Shown one piece after another: positions 21,600 through 34,519 of a stretch of DNA of 64,000 nt. Source of the DNA: Nitrospirales bacterium (lineage in GTDB: Bacteria; Nitrospirota; Nitrospiria; Nitrospirales; UBA8639); assembly GCA_965203295.1 (NCBI GenBank), contig CBDBCZ010000014.1, positions 736,001-800,000 on the forward strand. The letters are read 5' to 3'. The notes under the pieces were generated by a model. That model made no database searches. It saw nothing but the letters and a program-made list of their open reading frames with translations, and was not told the origin of the DNA. A program made the position numbers and the translations under genes. How positions within the stretch are numbered: the stretch's first letter is position 1; each line of letters opens with the position of its first letter.

Positions 21600-24500
21600 C
21601 CGAGGCTATTGACACCGACAGTCGGTGTCAAAAAGGGCCATAAAATACCTATTACCACCGATTCGTTGTCAATAAGAGCCACGAGCTTTCTTTTGCCACC
21701 GATCGCCCGCCGTATATTAAATTGTAGCCACGTGGCCACAGGATTCGCAATGCAACCGCGCACGTGTAGCTACGCCTATAGCGTAATAACTAGGAGAATG
21801 CAGAGCATTTGTGGGGCGAGCGCAACTACAACATGTGCTTAGCATGTTTCTGCGCATGCGCAATGCGACCGGTCGGTCGATGACATACATACAGGTCGGT
21901 CGATGACATACATACAAACAGAGTTGGCATTGACCTCGCTAGTACAGGGCTCGCTGTGCTCGCCCCAATTATTTATGACGATAAATTAAAATGAAGAATG
22001 CTACAGCACTGGGCAATTCTGGCAATACCAGTCCTCACTAATATCACAATCTTCTGTATGATCTACACAGGTAAAGTGAAACCACTCATGGCAGTTTAAA
22101 CACTGGACCATACTGTCTCCGGTGTCAGGAAGGCGGCAATAGCAGTAGACTCGAAACTTTCGCCAAAGTGGTTCTTCTGGTATATACAGCCGAGGGCAGT
22201 GTCGAAAAGATGCAATAGTTCTTTCTTTGAGACAGTTTAAGAAATGAACACGGAACAGGGATTGATCATATTCAATCGTAGCTGGATCTTTCCCACTACA
22301 CAATGTGTAGGCAAATGCTAGAGAATACAGTCCACACTCTGAGCCTCCAGACTGTTGTTGTACATCAGGGAAAATGAGAAAGATGTAGCTTTGTGGTAGG
22401 TGCAGTAGGGAAGCAATGACTTCCTTGGTGCTGGTTGGCACATCTCCAGTGCGCATACTATCGTAAATTTTCACTACATTGGGCTTGCAGTTCATGTTGG
22501 TTACACAAATCCAATGTGACCCATGGCAGTTCAGGATCTGAATGAAATTACTTTCTTCTGACTCATCTTCAAATGTAAGTGTATTACTTCGCCCAACGTC
22601 TTGAAGTCCAGCAACATGTCCAAACTTCTCCTTCATCAGTACCTGCCCGGCGTTGATCAACTTGTCATTGAGCCACTTGTCAGAACTCTCTAATATTTCA
22701 ATATCAGAGTGCAAGAGATTTGTTTCAGAGAACACCATACAAATCTGTTCCTCAGTGGGTTCATCGACATCATATGGAATAGTAATTAATTCCTCTTCCC
22801 TGATACATGCATCTCTTGCAATTTTTGCTTTCTTGCGACTCCTTTCCCTCTTCATTCTGGAGCGGTAAGCAGGTGTCCCAGGCTGATAGAGACGACCTCT
22901 TTTTACATCATGAGATTGATGTCGTTGCCTTTTTGCTTTTGGGGAGATGGGATCTTCCTTTTCAGGGTTTGCTGCTCTCTTGTTTCCATGTTGGGAACCT
23001 TTGCCATTCAATTGCAAATTCTCTTTGCCAGTGCTAGCTGAACTACCAGTTTTCTTTCCTTTGTTCTTTGATGGCCAGAGTTTACTGCTTTGCTTCGGTC
23101 GTCCTTTGCACTTTACATGCGATTTTAGTCTAAGTTTCTCACGAAGAATAGAGAGCCGCAAAGAATTGCAGTCCTGCAAGGTATAGCAATAAAAGTCAAA
23201 TGTGGTAAGCATACCATTATACAATTATTTACCTTATGATTGCCATCAGCAATGGTTTCACCATCATTGTGCACAGGAGATGGGACCTCTGATACCTACA
23301 GCATAATAGGTTGCAGGGAGCAATTAGCTAAAACCAAAAAACAGACTCAAAAATATCTCTGTATTAGATATAAGATTTGAGCTCAATCCTGTTTGGAGAT
23401 AAATATACTACAATAAAAATAGACAACAAAAAACTGCATGCCTATACATGTGTGCATGTGTGTGCGTATAGTATGGTGGAGAGTGGGCTGCATACACATC
23501 AGTAGCACTCCTATATACACGGAATAACATACATTGTCTTTCTCAACCAGAGTATTATCCGTATCCACTTCTGATTTTCCTGGTGTACTGTTTTCCTAGA
23601 CAATGCATATATGAATGTATCGGTATGTAGTAACCTCTATGGCAGTAGGTATGTACCATTTAGTTATTGCTTACTTCACTGGCTCTGCAAGACTTGTCTT
23701 CAATGACATCATCTACTGGACTAATCACTGACAGATCCCCATCTCCATCCATCAGAGCACTCACTTCCTGTATCTCCTGTGTAATGTACAATGTAAATGT
23801 AATCATAGCCTAACACCTCCAAGAAGTGTTGTTGCACAGGGATGAAACTAACCTCATAGAGGTTCACACATTCCTCACACTTGGCATCATTAGCCCGTGG
23901 AACATCACAATCTGGTAAGTCCTACATGTGTATTATTAAACAATCATTAGTGCCTTACCATCTATGACAAAATTAGAATTAGTAATAATAAATTAATACT
24001 TAAATGAACTAACCTCCCCAGCTGAAGAGGTCATGGGTGTATCCTGGATTGGAACAACTTCAATTTCCACATTCTTCTCCCAACAGTGAATAATAGATTC
24101 AATGACATCATACCTCCTTCGGAAATCTGGCATTCCACACTCTGAGACTATCGTTGCCAGCTTCTGTCCAAGTCCAACTACCTTTGTGTATTTTTGATTT
24201 CTTGAAAGAGTTCCCCTAAGTCGTGACTTCACCAACAAGGAGGATACGGACAGTGGGCATTCTCCTTCTACTTGGTCTAACACTGGACATTCTTCTAATT
24301 CATTCTCTTGGTCCAACACTGGGCATTCTCTTTCAGATTCATTTTCTTGGCCTTCGGCACCAACTCCAACTAATATCTGGTAGTCTTTGTGCCATCTTCT
24401 AGCCACTGTTGTTAGGTCAAAAACTGGAAGCTCTTGTGCTGCACGAACAACAAACAGGTGCCGACATGGTAGTCCCATTGTTTTTGAAAAGCTACAAGAA

Positions 24501-26199
24501 CAGCTATTTGTGGCAAGGGATACACGATGATGATGATCATTGTATGCTACCACAAAATCCGGCATCATTCCATCACTTTCACTTGTAAGTTGGTACTGAA
24601 TAGTCTGAGACAGCTTTAACTGTTCTACGACTCTATCTGCTGCATACGCTGTGCAAGTGGACGTTATTTCACGTACACCGGAAATGTCATCATTTTCTGT
24701 GTTGCGAGAAGTGAATTCCTCAGTAAAGGACTTGTGTGAATACTCAGCAGCATTGGTTCGACAAAACAGCAAAACATTTGCAAACATTTCAGATAGGGAC
24801 ATTGATCGACTGGTAACATCCTTCAACTTTTGGTTATGGCACTCAAGACGATTGTTGGTAGTATTTGCTAGGTGAAGGTATTCATCCCTGAGAAAAGAGA
24901 CCCATTGTACCTTGCAAGTGTCCCAACACTTGGTAAAGTACTGCTTGAATGCATCATTGCACACTTGCAGGAGTTCACCTTTCAGATCGGTGTATTCTGT
25001 TTCACTACAGGCATGGACCAGTCTTCGAATTAGTTCACGAGCCTCTTCGCGATTCTCCTTTGCAATATCCAACTCCGCTAGCTGTTTGAAGAGGTATTTT
25101 ATGACATGGAACTGGCAGAATAATACTTTAGCTCTTGGAAACTCTTGTTGTAGAGTTTGCAACTCTGTAAAATCCTTGTCAATAACAATAACTTGAACCT
25201 GAGACCAGGATGAATTGGAAGCTTTGAATGACTGGATAATCTTCAACAGGTGTGGTGCATTCTCTTCAGCTGTGGCTGCATAGAAAACATTTCTACCATA
25301 GCCAAAGCCATCCTCTACCATAAAACAGTAAAGAGGCATACCAAGGCTGTTGACATTATATGTTCCATCAATTAAGAGTATCTCAGAGAACTTTTCAAAC
25401 ATATCAGACATGTGACCTGACTGGAAGTACAGAACAGCAAGTTCATCGTCCTCATTAACTGCAATACCACCTTTAGCTTTTGCATCCTTTGTCAGAGCAT
25501 CCTGAAGTGAATCCAGAAGAATTTGTTCATCTCTCCGTCCTTTCTTGGCATCTTCCTTGATTTTTGCTTTCAGATTCTGAATATCTTTAAGCGTAACCAT
25601 CTTGCCATATTTCTGCTGAATGTGATCTTTCAAATGCTAATTGTTAGGTTTAAGGCTAAGCACTTCACTGATTCTTTGTTTCTCAACTTCATTCAGCCTA
25701 CGGCTTGATGGATAGTGTACCATGATCTCACTACTTGTGCGGTGGTTGTGCTGTAATAAGCACTCTCTGAGAACAAGACACTTAGCCCCTCTGTCATACG
25801 ATATGGTGAGTTTGGCTGGACAATCCATAGCAAAATGTCTCTGATTAGGCCTTATACCTTTACTCCTGCTGCGGGCCTGGCCATAATGCACGCACCGAAG
25901 GCTGTAATAAGTATATTGCCATTTCTTATCCACAGGATCCAGGGGTGACTTGGCTTTCTCTCGTCTTTTATTGTACTCATCGACACTTTGGCTGTTGTAC
26001 ACACGCAGGGGATGATTTGCTTCTTTTAGTTGGTCCAAAAGCTGAGTTACCTGGTCAAAACTCTCAAACTTCTTCCCCGTCTCAGGAATTTGCGCCATTT
26101 CTACAACGATAAAACCGGCAAAGGTGCATGTGATGGACCGGTGCCAATAGCGTATTGATGACCGGCATTGGCACCGACGGTCGGTGTCAATAGACACTG
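21600..26199 (-). mobile_element. Mutator-like DNA transposon (MULE) with short imperfect, self-palindromic terminal inverted repeats
   Basis: ctattgacaccgacagtcggtgtcaa (~21606) versus ttggcaccgacggtcggtgtcaatag (~26168) flanking the transposase gene. No TSD recognised. Confidence 0.75.
22001..26098 (-). pseudogene. MULE transposase (ZSWIM3-like N-term, DDE, SWIM) fused to Ulp1/C48 protease and PHD finger. Exons 26098-24014, 23921-23853, 23776-23675, 23595-23533, 23295-23233, 23173-22001. One in-frame TAG at 25639-25637
   Basis: IDGTY, IDKD, CQFH, TTNNRLECHN (DDE); CSCSF...LPCRH (SWIM); WLNDKLI, HW, YDS, QQ..GSECG (Ulp1 triad); YCYC..MVQCLNCHEWFHFTCV..WYCQNC (PHD). Five phase-0 GT-AG introns; ~1184 codons. 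Confidence 0.88.
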
Positions 26200-26202
26200 C
26201 GT

Positions 26203-27195
26203 TGTTGTAATTGTTACAATATTAGAGTCAGACTTGCATCCAGAGACAATATTTTTTGGCAAGCTGTATAAATAGTCCGTTGCATTTTGTGCATTTGAGT
26301 ATATTGTGATGTGATGTGTATACGTACTACAATGGATACTGGAGTTGAATTCTATATTACACCATAGATAAGTTTTGCGAAGAACCCGCCCCGCGACAAA
26401 TGGGGGCTTGCCCGGGTGTGGTCTGGGCACGAGACTCGACTAGGATCCGTCCGCCGCAACTAACTGGAACGATAGGAGTTCGTGAGGAGCGTCGATCGAG
26501 AAGGCGCGCTCGAGTTGCGGCCCTGACTGCGAGATGGCAACGAAACAGGGCCATCTGAGACAGCAGGTAGCTGAGAGCCTGCGCGAAGAAGAGCTAGTTC
26601 GACACCAGAAGGCGGGCGCGAGTTCCGCGGAAAGGGTGGCGCGAAAGGAGATAATGGAACTGAGAGGCCAAGTCGTGAGGTCGAGCAATGGCAGCACGAG
26701 GCACAGGCGGCCAAAGCGGAGCTAGAGACGAACTTAGGAACGCAGAACGATTAAAAATGCACCTCGATCAGTGCAATGCGGAGAAGCAGACTGTCGACAG
26801 CACAATTTGCCGAACTGCGGCGGGGCCTGAAGACGGCTGACTAACGGGCTGCGATGGCTGCCGAGGAGGAGGTGCGGAGATTAACGAGTGCGCTTTCTCG
26901 CCAGAAAGAAGAAGCGGAACTACAGCATTACAGAGCCCTGGCCGTGAAGCAAGAGAAATGGGAGGTTCGAGAGAAGCGTCTCGAACAGCAGTTGCAGGAA
27001 ACCATGGCAAGAGGAGAGCGCCTCGAGGCCGCGTTGCAGGAGTGCAGGCGTCAGACGCAGGAGAGTGCCCGTGCTCCAGAGAGGCATAACGCCGAGCCAG
27101 TCGGGAGAGCACAGAGGCTGGATACTGCTGGAGTCTAGAGAAGCCCTCCGCCTCTCATCAAATGCCCTGAGGCTGTGTCTCCAGATGCCCCAGGT
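26203..27195 (+). mobile_element. 5' fragment of an LTR (Gypsy-like) retrotransposon: putative LTR, tRNA-Pro PBS, broken coiled-coil gag
   Basis: tgt...aca segment (~26203/26212-26398) with tataaata, followed by tgggggcttgcccggg (26401-26416), similar to the complement of the tRNA-Pro 3' end. Then GC-rich frameshifted coiled-coil ORFs (ELQHYRALAVKQEKWEVRE). Confidence 0.6.
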
Positions 27196-28634
27196 GAGTA
27201 ATTAAGTATAGAGTCATCTCTGCATTTTGCACATATCTACTTGCCCACACAATTTTGTAGCGTGGTATGTGTATGGTCCATTGCAATGGTGCAATTGTGT
27301 ATGGTCCATTTTCTTTGTAGTCTTGGATTTGGTGATGGAGGCTTTAATTGACTCCATGCACACTTATGTGCTTAACTATGTGCTTAACTACGTATCGCCT
27401 AGCTGTGTTGAGTATCTTGTAGCTTTCCTTTATACACTGATCCCTCTGCATGATGGTTTAGATTCCACCAATGCCAGAACTAAAGATTTCGGTGATAAAG
27501 TCTACTCAGTTAGAGGAGGCCTTTGAGATCACCTGCCCAGTTACTAACACGAGATAACCATCTTGCATGTGACCAGCTACATGCATACATATTGGAATTT
27601 CTCCCTTGGTAATTAATGCACATGCTGCAGGTCTAGGGCATGCTTCTGGCATCACTGAGAAGTTCGATATTTCTTACCTACATGTACACATATTTAAAGA
27701 AACCAGCCAGGAACGTTTCAAGTGAAACACCCAATGTTCAGCTCAGCAAGCAGTATACACCAAGCTAACTGCAGCTGTAAAACTGTAAATGGGCTGTCTG
27801 TCTCATTCTTCCTATGCAGATAAGTAACCTACATAATGCAGTACATCGAAAGTGCTGACTCAGCAGCTTGATCTTGATCATGTGCTTCCAGATACATGTA
27901 GCAGCTGTAACTGTCATGGTTGCCTACTACGTTTTCGCTGTCTAGGCAACACTACACTATCGCTTGTTTGCTATAGCTTGGCCTACAATCCGCAGAAGTC
28001 ACAGCCTATGCAACGTAATATTGTACCTGTGATAATTGTTGATGCATAGACAAACAAACGAACATGGAAAACGTAAAGCAATCGTAGTACTAGCACCGTT
28101 CACACGCTTCACACACGCAGAGTTGTTAAAAAGACTATATTGTTCTCTGATGTAATGGGCATTTCTATGACATACCGGCCACCATACATAGAGAGAATGG
28201 TATTGACACTGGAACTTTTACAGTGTGTACTATTCCTCTTTTAACGTTTTTTTTCTGATCCCCAGTATTATGCATCACTGTGCTTTTGACAAGAGAGGCC
28301 CATAGTACAAGTACATGTATGTATGCAGTTGTTGTAGAATAGTTTTTGTAAGTCCCATCTTAATTGGCTCATCAAAGGCATTAGTGTGCTGGACAAAAAT
28401 GTTGTCATGCACTGTTGTAGAGTTACAAACTGCCTACCAAAAACTGAACTCAAAGCAGCTCTCCTGATGTCTGAAATGAGTAGCTCTCCAATAGACCCCA
28501 GTACAACATGAATGCAGCTGGCGACTAGCTTGAGTTCAAATCGCGGTAGAAGCCATCAATAGAAACTAGAGGGCTTTGTATGGACACTGGACTCTTAAGT
28601 GTCCCAGTACACCATGAATGCAGCTGCTAAATTT

Positions 28635-29178
28635 TTACCCCGCGCGCGTATGCGCAAGCGGGGTTAAGTAATTGGTTTTGTCCGTCTGTTGTCGTCGTCG
28701 TCGTTGTTGTTGTTGTTTGTCATAAAAAAAATTGAAAAATCTCTCAAACGGGCGATTTAGAGGCTATAACGACTCCTAAACAGAAGGCTAACGCTGAAAT
28801 CTGTGATACATTAGCCTGTCTGTACCTGATATAGTAGAAAGCGGTTTTATTCTTGGCATTTCCACGCTGTTTCTGATTATCGGTGTGTTCCACCATTTTT
28901 TTTTAATACGGCAAGTGGTCACGCCTTTTTTAATACGGCAGTTGGTCACGCCTACAGCTTGAATACGGACATACGCAAGCCCTCGAATATGGTATACGAG
29001 TCTTTTATTCAACATGGAGCTTAGAAGAGATATTCAGACAGAAAGCATACTGGAGTATACGCAGAGAAACGCATGTATCATTACTACGGCGATCAGCCAC
29101 ACCTACAGCTCGCCTTACGGCGCTACAGTCTGCAGGGTCCAGGAGCGCAGGGTATGTCTCTGCTAGAGACCTCTAGTC
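28635..29178 (+). mobile_element. DINE-1/HINE-like element, family A
   Basis: Near-identical to 6143-6664. Confidence 0.8.
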
Positions 29179-29881
29179 TTACATAAAATGGGAAAAAAAA
29201 GGTTATCTTGGGTGAAGCCCAGGACAACTATAACTTGTCTTTGGGTCTTGGCTGGGTTGTAGTCAGGTAAAGAATTGACATCAGAGAGTCGGTAGACTCT
29301 CTATGTGGGGATGGCACGGACACTTGTGTATGCAATATAAAATAAAAGTTTCCAAATCTCTCCAAAAAATTACTTTTAAGCTTTTATAGACACCTAACCT
29401 TCATTTTCGGGGGTTTCTGCAGCCAACAAGGCTCCCAAAGTCGCCAAAAAGCTTCGTTAAAGTAGAAAACTGGAAGGTAGCTGGAATACCAGTTTGTTTA
29501 TGTTCTAATTCTGGTTTCTCATTCTTCAACGAGGCTAGCTCAAAATTGGTTCAAGTGATGGCCGTGATTGTAGCATAAAAGATCTTCATTTTCGAGCGCG
29601 CAGGTCCACGATAACCACACCCAATAGTAGCTCCTGCATAACAGAATCTAAGTACAATCATGTGAGTCACTGGCTGAAATTACATTCCAAGTGAGTACTG
29701 ATAAGCCTGAATACACATTGTGTGTATGTTTGCTTGTATAAACATGTGCACTGTACAATGTATATACATGCAATCATGCACACAGTGTGTACATCCCATT
29801 AGTGCCCCACTTATTAATATAACATACAACACAGGCATACTATACACAGACATACAATAACTAGTGCGACACAGGTGCCAT

Positions 29882-30619
29882 GTGGGGCGAGCGCAGCGAG
29901 TTGTACGCATTGCATAAAGTGAGTTCAGTGTTGATATTAATGATATTAATTTAATCAAATGATCATCAAGTAATTGTGATTCAAACCGAAAGTGATACAT
30001 GTACTATGGGTGTATCTTGAGGTTGGGATAGTGATTTCAACAATGGTTGGGAGTAGATCTCTCCTGGCTCTGTTTTCTTCTCTCTTGTTGGAAAGCCTTG
30101 CCTCCCATTGTTCAGGTGTTTCTGGAGCTTGTGCTCGCTCTCTCCTGGCTCTGTCCTGTTGCCTCCGCTAGCCTTGCCTCTCTCTCTTAAGCTGTTTCTC
30201 TCACTCTGGCTTCACGATCTCTCTCATTTCTTCTTCGACACTTTTCTTGTCTTCTCTCGCTATCGGCGCTATTTCTTCTTCGATGCTTTTCTTGTCTTCC
30301 CTCGCTATCGGCGCTATTTCTTCTTCAACGCTTTTCTTGTCTTCCCTCGCTATCAGCGCTATTCATATTGTCAACGGCTAATACAGAAACAACAAGAAAA
30401 CCTTTCCTCTTTACTGGACTATGTCTATCAACTCAGCTTCACTATAATTCTTCTCTTTCTTGCAAACCATTCGGTACACGTGAGTTTGGCAAGCAACGCG
30501 TGTGCGCGTAACGTCATCGCATTCCACCCCCCGGGGGCCCCCGGATGGACGTACGCTTGGTTCATGCATGGGTCCGTTCATCAACTGACTAACAGGGGGC
30601 TCGCTGCGCTCGCCCCAAT
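29882..30619 (-). mobile_element. Helitron/Helentron deletion derivative with remnant N-terminal ETxEEREARL-type repeats
   Basis: Inverted ggggcgagcgcagcgag ends. The minus strand translates, with lesions, to ETA*EREARL...QDRARRERAQAPETPEQWEARL. Three 45-bp tandem repeats at ~30225-30360. Confidence 0.55.
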
Positions 30620-31651
30620 GATACAATTTACTGGTTCAACTGGTACATGCATGTAGCTGTGACATATCAACAAATCGTGCAAAGAGGGTTGGCTGGTGCA
30701 AGTTGTCACTGGTTATGGGTATGACATCGATAATTGTATTGCAGCGCTACGGTTGCAATGACGTGAAAAAGATGTAGGGATGGGGCTGTGTATGTTGCGT
30801 TCATGCTATCCCTACCCTTGTTTTCTTGCTTTTTGGCACTCCATCCCTACATCTTTTGTTTGATTTTTTTTCATTTTCTTGTTGTTATTTGCCCTAGCAA
30901 CCAATTGATGAGATTACGTTCTATACTTGCGTGACAGCCTGGGGCAGGTGTACTGTGGAGTGGAATAGCCAGAAAAGTGAGTAAAAGACAGTCTCGTGGT
31001 TAGTACACCCATCGATTTTGATCCAGCATTCTCTTGTTTGTCCAGCTCTTAGCATGTAACAGTTACTGTAATCATGTGGCCGCTGACTTGTTTAGCTCTT
31101 ATACCATACTTAAGTGATTCTGACCAATCAGCTTACAGTATTCGAGGGCTATAACAGTTCATATATCCCGTGTGCATACGTGATGTAGGTACCCGGTTCC
31201 GTTCCATTCGTTCAAACGTCGAGAAAGCTACGGTAGGTTAGTAGTTGGGGAGTCTAGGCGGGTTTTTTTTATGCAGGCTATTCGAAAATCGATGCAGGAA
31301 AGCATGGTAAGCTACTGCTCTTTGTTTGTGGGTAGTTTTGTTGAATTTCCGTGTACCTGTGCATGGGGCCACACGGACAGCCTACTAAAATGGCGCTAGG
31401 TGCTGGCTAGACAGCTAGCTGCCGTAGCTACTAGCAATCCATTGTGCTTGCTACGTCTAGTTAGAGTGTTTTGCTACTTGTGACTAGTATTTTGCATTTT
31501 GAAGGCCTGCTGGCTTGCTGGTTTACCGTAATTTGTGCCAAACGGCGCCTTTTGCAAGCTTTTGCCGAGCTTGGTGCCAAACTGTAGTTTGTCCCACAGT
31601 TCTTATGCTTCTCACAAATCTTGCAACTCTTGTCAGAATGACTTTTGCATG

Positions 31652-31850
31652 GTATAAATTAGTTGTATCCCTGCCTAGCGGGATATAAGACCCGCTATAT
31701 CCCTTGGGAAAGGTCAGTGCTTTCGTGAAGCCTCGGAAGTGTCTCGGGCTGCGCCCTCGACACTTCCTCAGCTTCACTCAAGCACTGACCTTTCCCGCGG
31801 GATATAACGGGTCTTATATCCCGCGGGGCAGGGATATAACCTATACATAT
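31652..31850. repeat. ~200-bp imperfect palindrome (foldback)
   Basis: atccctgcc..gcgggatataagacccg..gggaaaggtcagtgctt..gaagtgtc, loop ctcgggctgcgccctcg, then the reverse complement. Confidence 0.85.
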
Positions 31851-34158
31851 AACACTAGCACATCACAGAACCTTTGAATTTGCTCATTCGTGTTGAGGTT
31901 TGTGTTTGTTTTTGCTTCTACGTATGCAGATTCATAACGAATTACCAAGCAAGGCTTATATGGAGGTTGTATTCAGATTAATTTCTGTGATTCCAGGATT
32001 ACAGGTTTGTACGTAGCCTTGTTCCCAGATAACATGGTAAATCTTAAAGAGGGAACGAGGCTGGTTAGTGTGTTGCTATGAGCAATGCTGTCCATTATTA
32101 TATGTACCCTTTGATGGTGGGCTTAGGCATGCTTGGCATTAGTTACCTCACCCTATTCCCTTCAGAGTCTGGCTGTTGGGGTGTTGGTAATTTTTTGGGT
32201 TGATTAGGAAATCATGTTTATCAGTAGTTTTTCTATTGTAATTGAAGGATTAGGAGATCAGAGAAAAGTTCAAACTACAGTAGAGCCTTAGATTACTTAT
32301 AATTCATGGAGGCTTGCCTGGTGTGAGTCAAATTAAGGGCTGTATGTAGCTGCTGGTCAGCCGGGAGTTGCTGGTCAGCTCTAGGTGCTACACACACCAT
32401 CACCACACTGACAAAGCCTAAATTGCTGTCAGTGCTTCAGTTCTTTGTACTTTATACCCATGATAGTATGTTTGTTTACTTACAGAGCATTGGCCCTCTT
32501 ACATTTGTGGACGTGCTGTCTAATCAGAAGAAATGCATCAGGACAAGGAAGGCTTTTTGCATCTTACCTCCTATTTATATTTATTTGTTCACGCAGTTGT
32601 GTAAACAAGTGTACATTTGTTATGGAAGAAGATTGAATGTCAACTGTGCATGGGCTGTGGGGGTGAGGTGGGGTGACAACTTGCACTGGCCTACACTTGC
32701 ACTTTTCTTGTTTCTGTTAAGGGCATGTGGTAACTTCAGTAGTAGTCACAGAATCAAACCAGATTACTTTCAGTATCAGCATGGCATGTGGAAGAGTGTC
32801 AGCATCAGGCTATCAGCACATGTCTCTTCCACATGCCAATACTGTAAGCGATGGAAGCTGTGGCATGTAAGTGGGCTGGCTTGTAAAACTACTTTAGTGA
32901 ACCAGACACTATGAGTATTCCACAGTTGTACGTTTTCTATTGCAGTGCCTTTCATATAAGGAACACTCCTCCTTTGCCCATTACAAGCTGTTACACAATA
33001 AAGTTTTGAACTTCGCGCTTTTGCAAATTTCTATACTGACACATGATTGTACTTAATGCAGTCCCAGTTTCCACAGCCATCTTGCCATTTTTTTTCAAAC
33101 AAAGTATACAAAGCTGACAGTGGAGACTGGAAACGAGAGATTAACCATGCTAGTTCGATGTTTTGACAGGTGGTTTGAAAGCGAATTGTACCAAACCATA
33201 CTAATCCAGTATTATAATCATTAGGGTTAGAGTTAAGGAAGGGGGATCAAGCAATACTGGGTAATACTACATGTATGTTCTCCAGTGTTCACATTGTTTC
33301 TGTACATGGGTGTGGATGAAGTATTTTTGCCTGCAAAGAAGATAGTCAAAGCAGTAATAAAAGTAGTATTTAATTATGAGTGCTATTGCATGTGAACAAT
33401 GATAAGGTAGTCTTGTTATAGATTCTCAACCCACAATTCTTCTTTGGCCCATGAGAGATTAAAGAAGCCCTAGTAGAATAATCATACACCCAATGGTACA
33501 CAGATATAATGTATTACATGCACATTAGAAAGTTGAGTCTGTCCCTGAATATTCAAACTTGGGGCAGCGGTACATCAGCGGTCCTGATTCTGAACTGGCA
33601 ATGTGATTAGTTGATTATAATAGTACATCATCAAAATGATGTCACAGTGGCAGTGTCCATAGTAGGGGCCACTGTAACTGTTATCTCCGTTTGGTGATGT
33701 AATAGGACATAATGCTGTGCCTACTTTGAATATTCAGGGTACCAGACCCATCTTTCTAACGTGGGGTTCGGGCATGAGACTAGTACATTACATGTAATGA
33801 CTGGATTGCATGCTTTCAATGAGCTGTACAACCGGAAACGACTTGCTGATACTACACACAATGAAGCTGTTTTAGGAAGTAGAGCAAGAGCATGATGATG
33901 GGTCATACTCAGGGATCTCTTACTTAATAACACCCTGGTTCATAACTATAAACTGAGGACGGTCTCATTTCAAAACTTACATCAAACTGTAAGGATTTCG
34001 CTCTTCCAAACAGAACTACATCCGCAGGTGTAAGAACAGTTAGTTCCTGAAGAGGGCAATAAGAGAACAATAACGCTCTGTACAACTCTCAATGGAAACC
34101 TGTAACTAATGAGCTGGGTGCAAAGTACCCTTTCTTTTTGAGTGTTGGGCAATGATTA

Positions 34159-34519
34159 CTGTATTGTCCCAGCAAGCGCCCACCCCCCAGTTTTGATAAG
34201 CCTATTGTCTGGGAGGCTCCTCCCTGTAAGCGCCCACCTTGTATTCATACCAGTATTACACAATACTATGCAATACACTAACTGGTCATGCAGAGGCTAG
34301 GCTTCCTGTGGAGTACTACTGAAGCTTTACAAGGGGTAAGTGCCTGCATTCTTTCCAATGCCTTTATGGTAGTAGCCGAAGAGGTACAAGTAAGTGGAAG
34401 GTGGGCCCTTACACAGTGGTAACTGAGTAGTTCAAAGGGCTCCTCCGTGTAAGCGCCCACCCATAATTTTTCTTGCGTGAGCTGCAAGCGCCCATGGGCG
34501 CTTGCTCGGGACAATACGG
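34159..34519. mobile_element. Tc1/pogo-type MITE, TA TSD
   Basis: ta-ctgtattgtcccagcaagcgccca...tgggcgcttgctcgggacaatacgg-ta. Confidence 0.75.

Noticed and set aside
30108..30656. 182-aa hydrophobic plus-strand ORF
   Set aside because: Antisense of purine-rich 45-bp repeats in a Helitron-like remnant.
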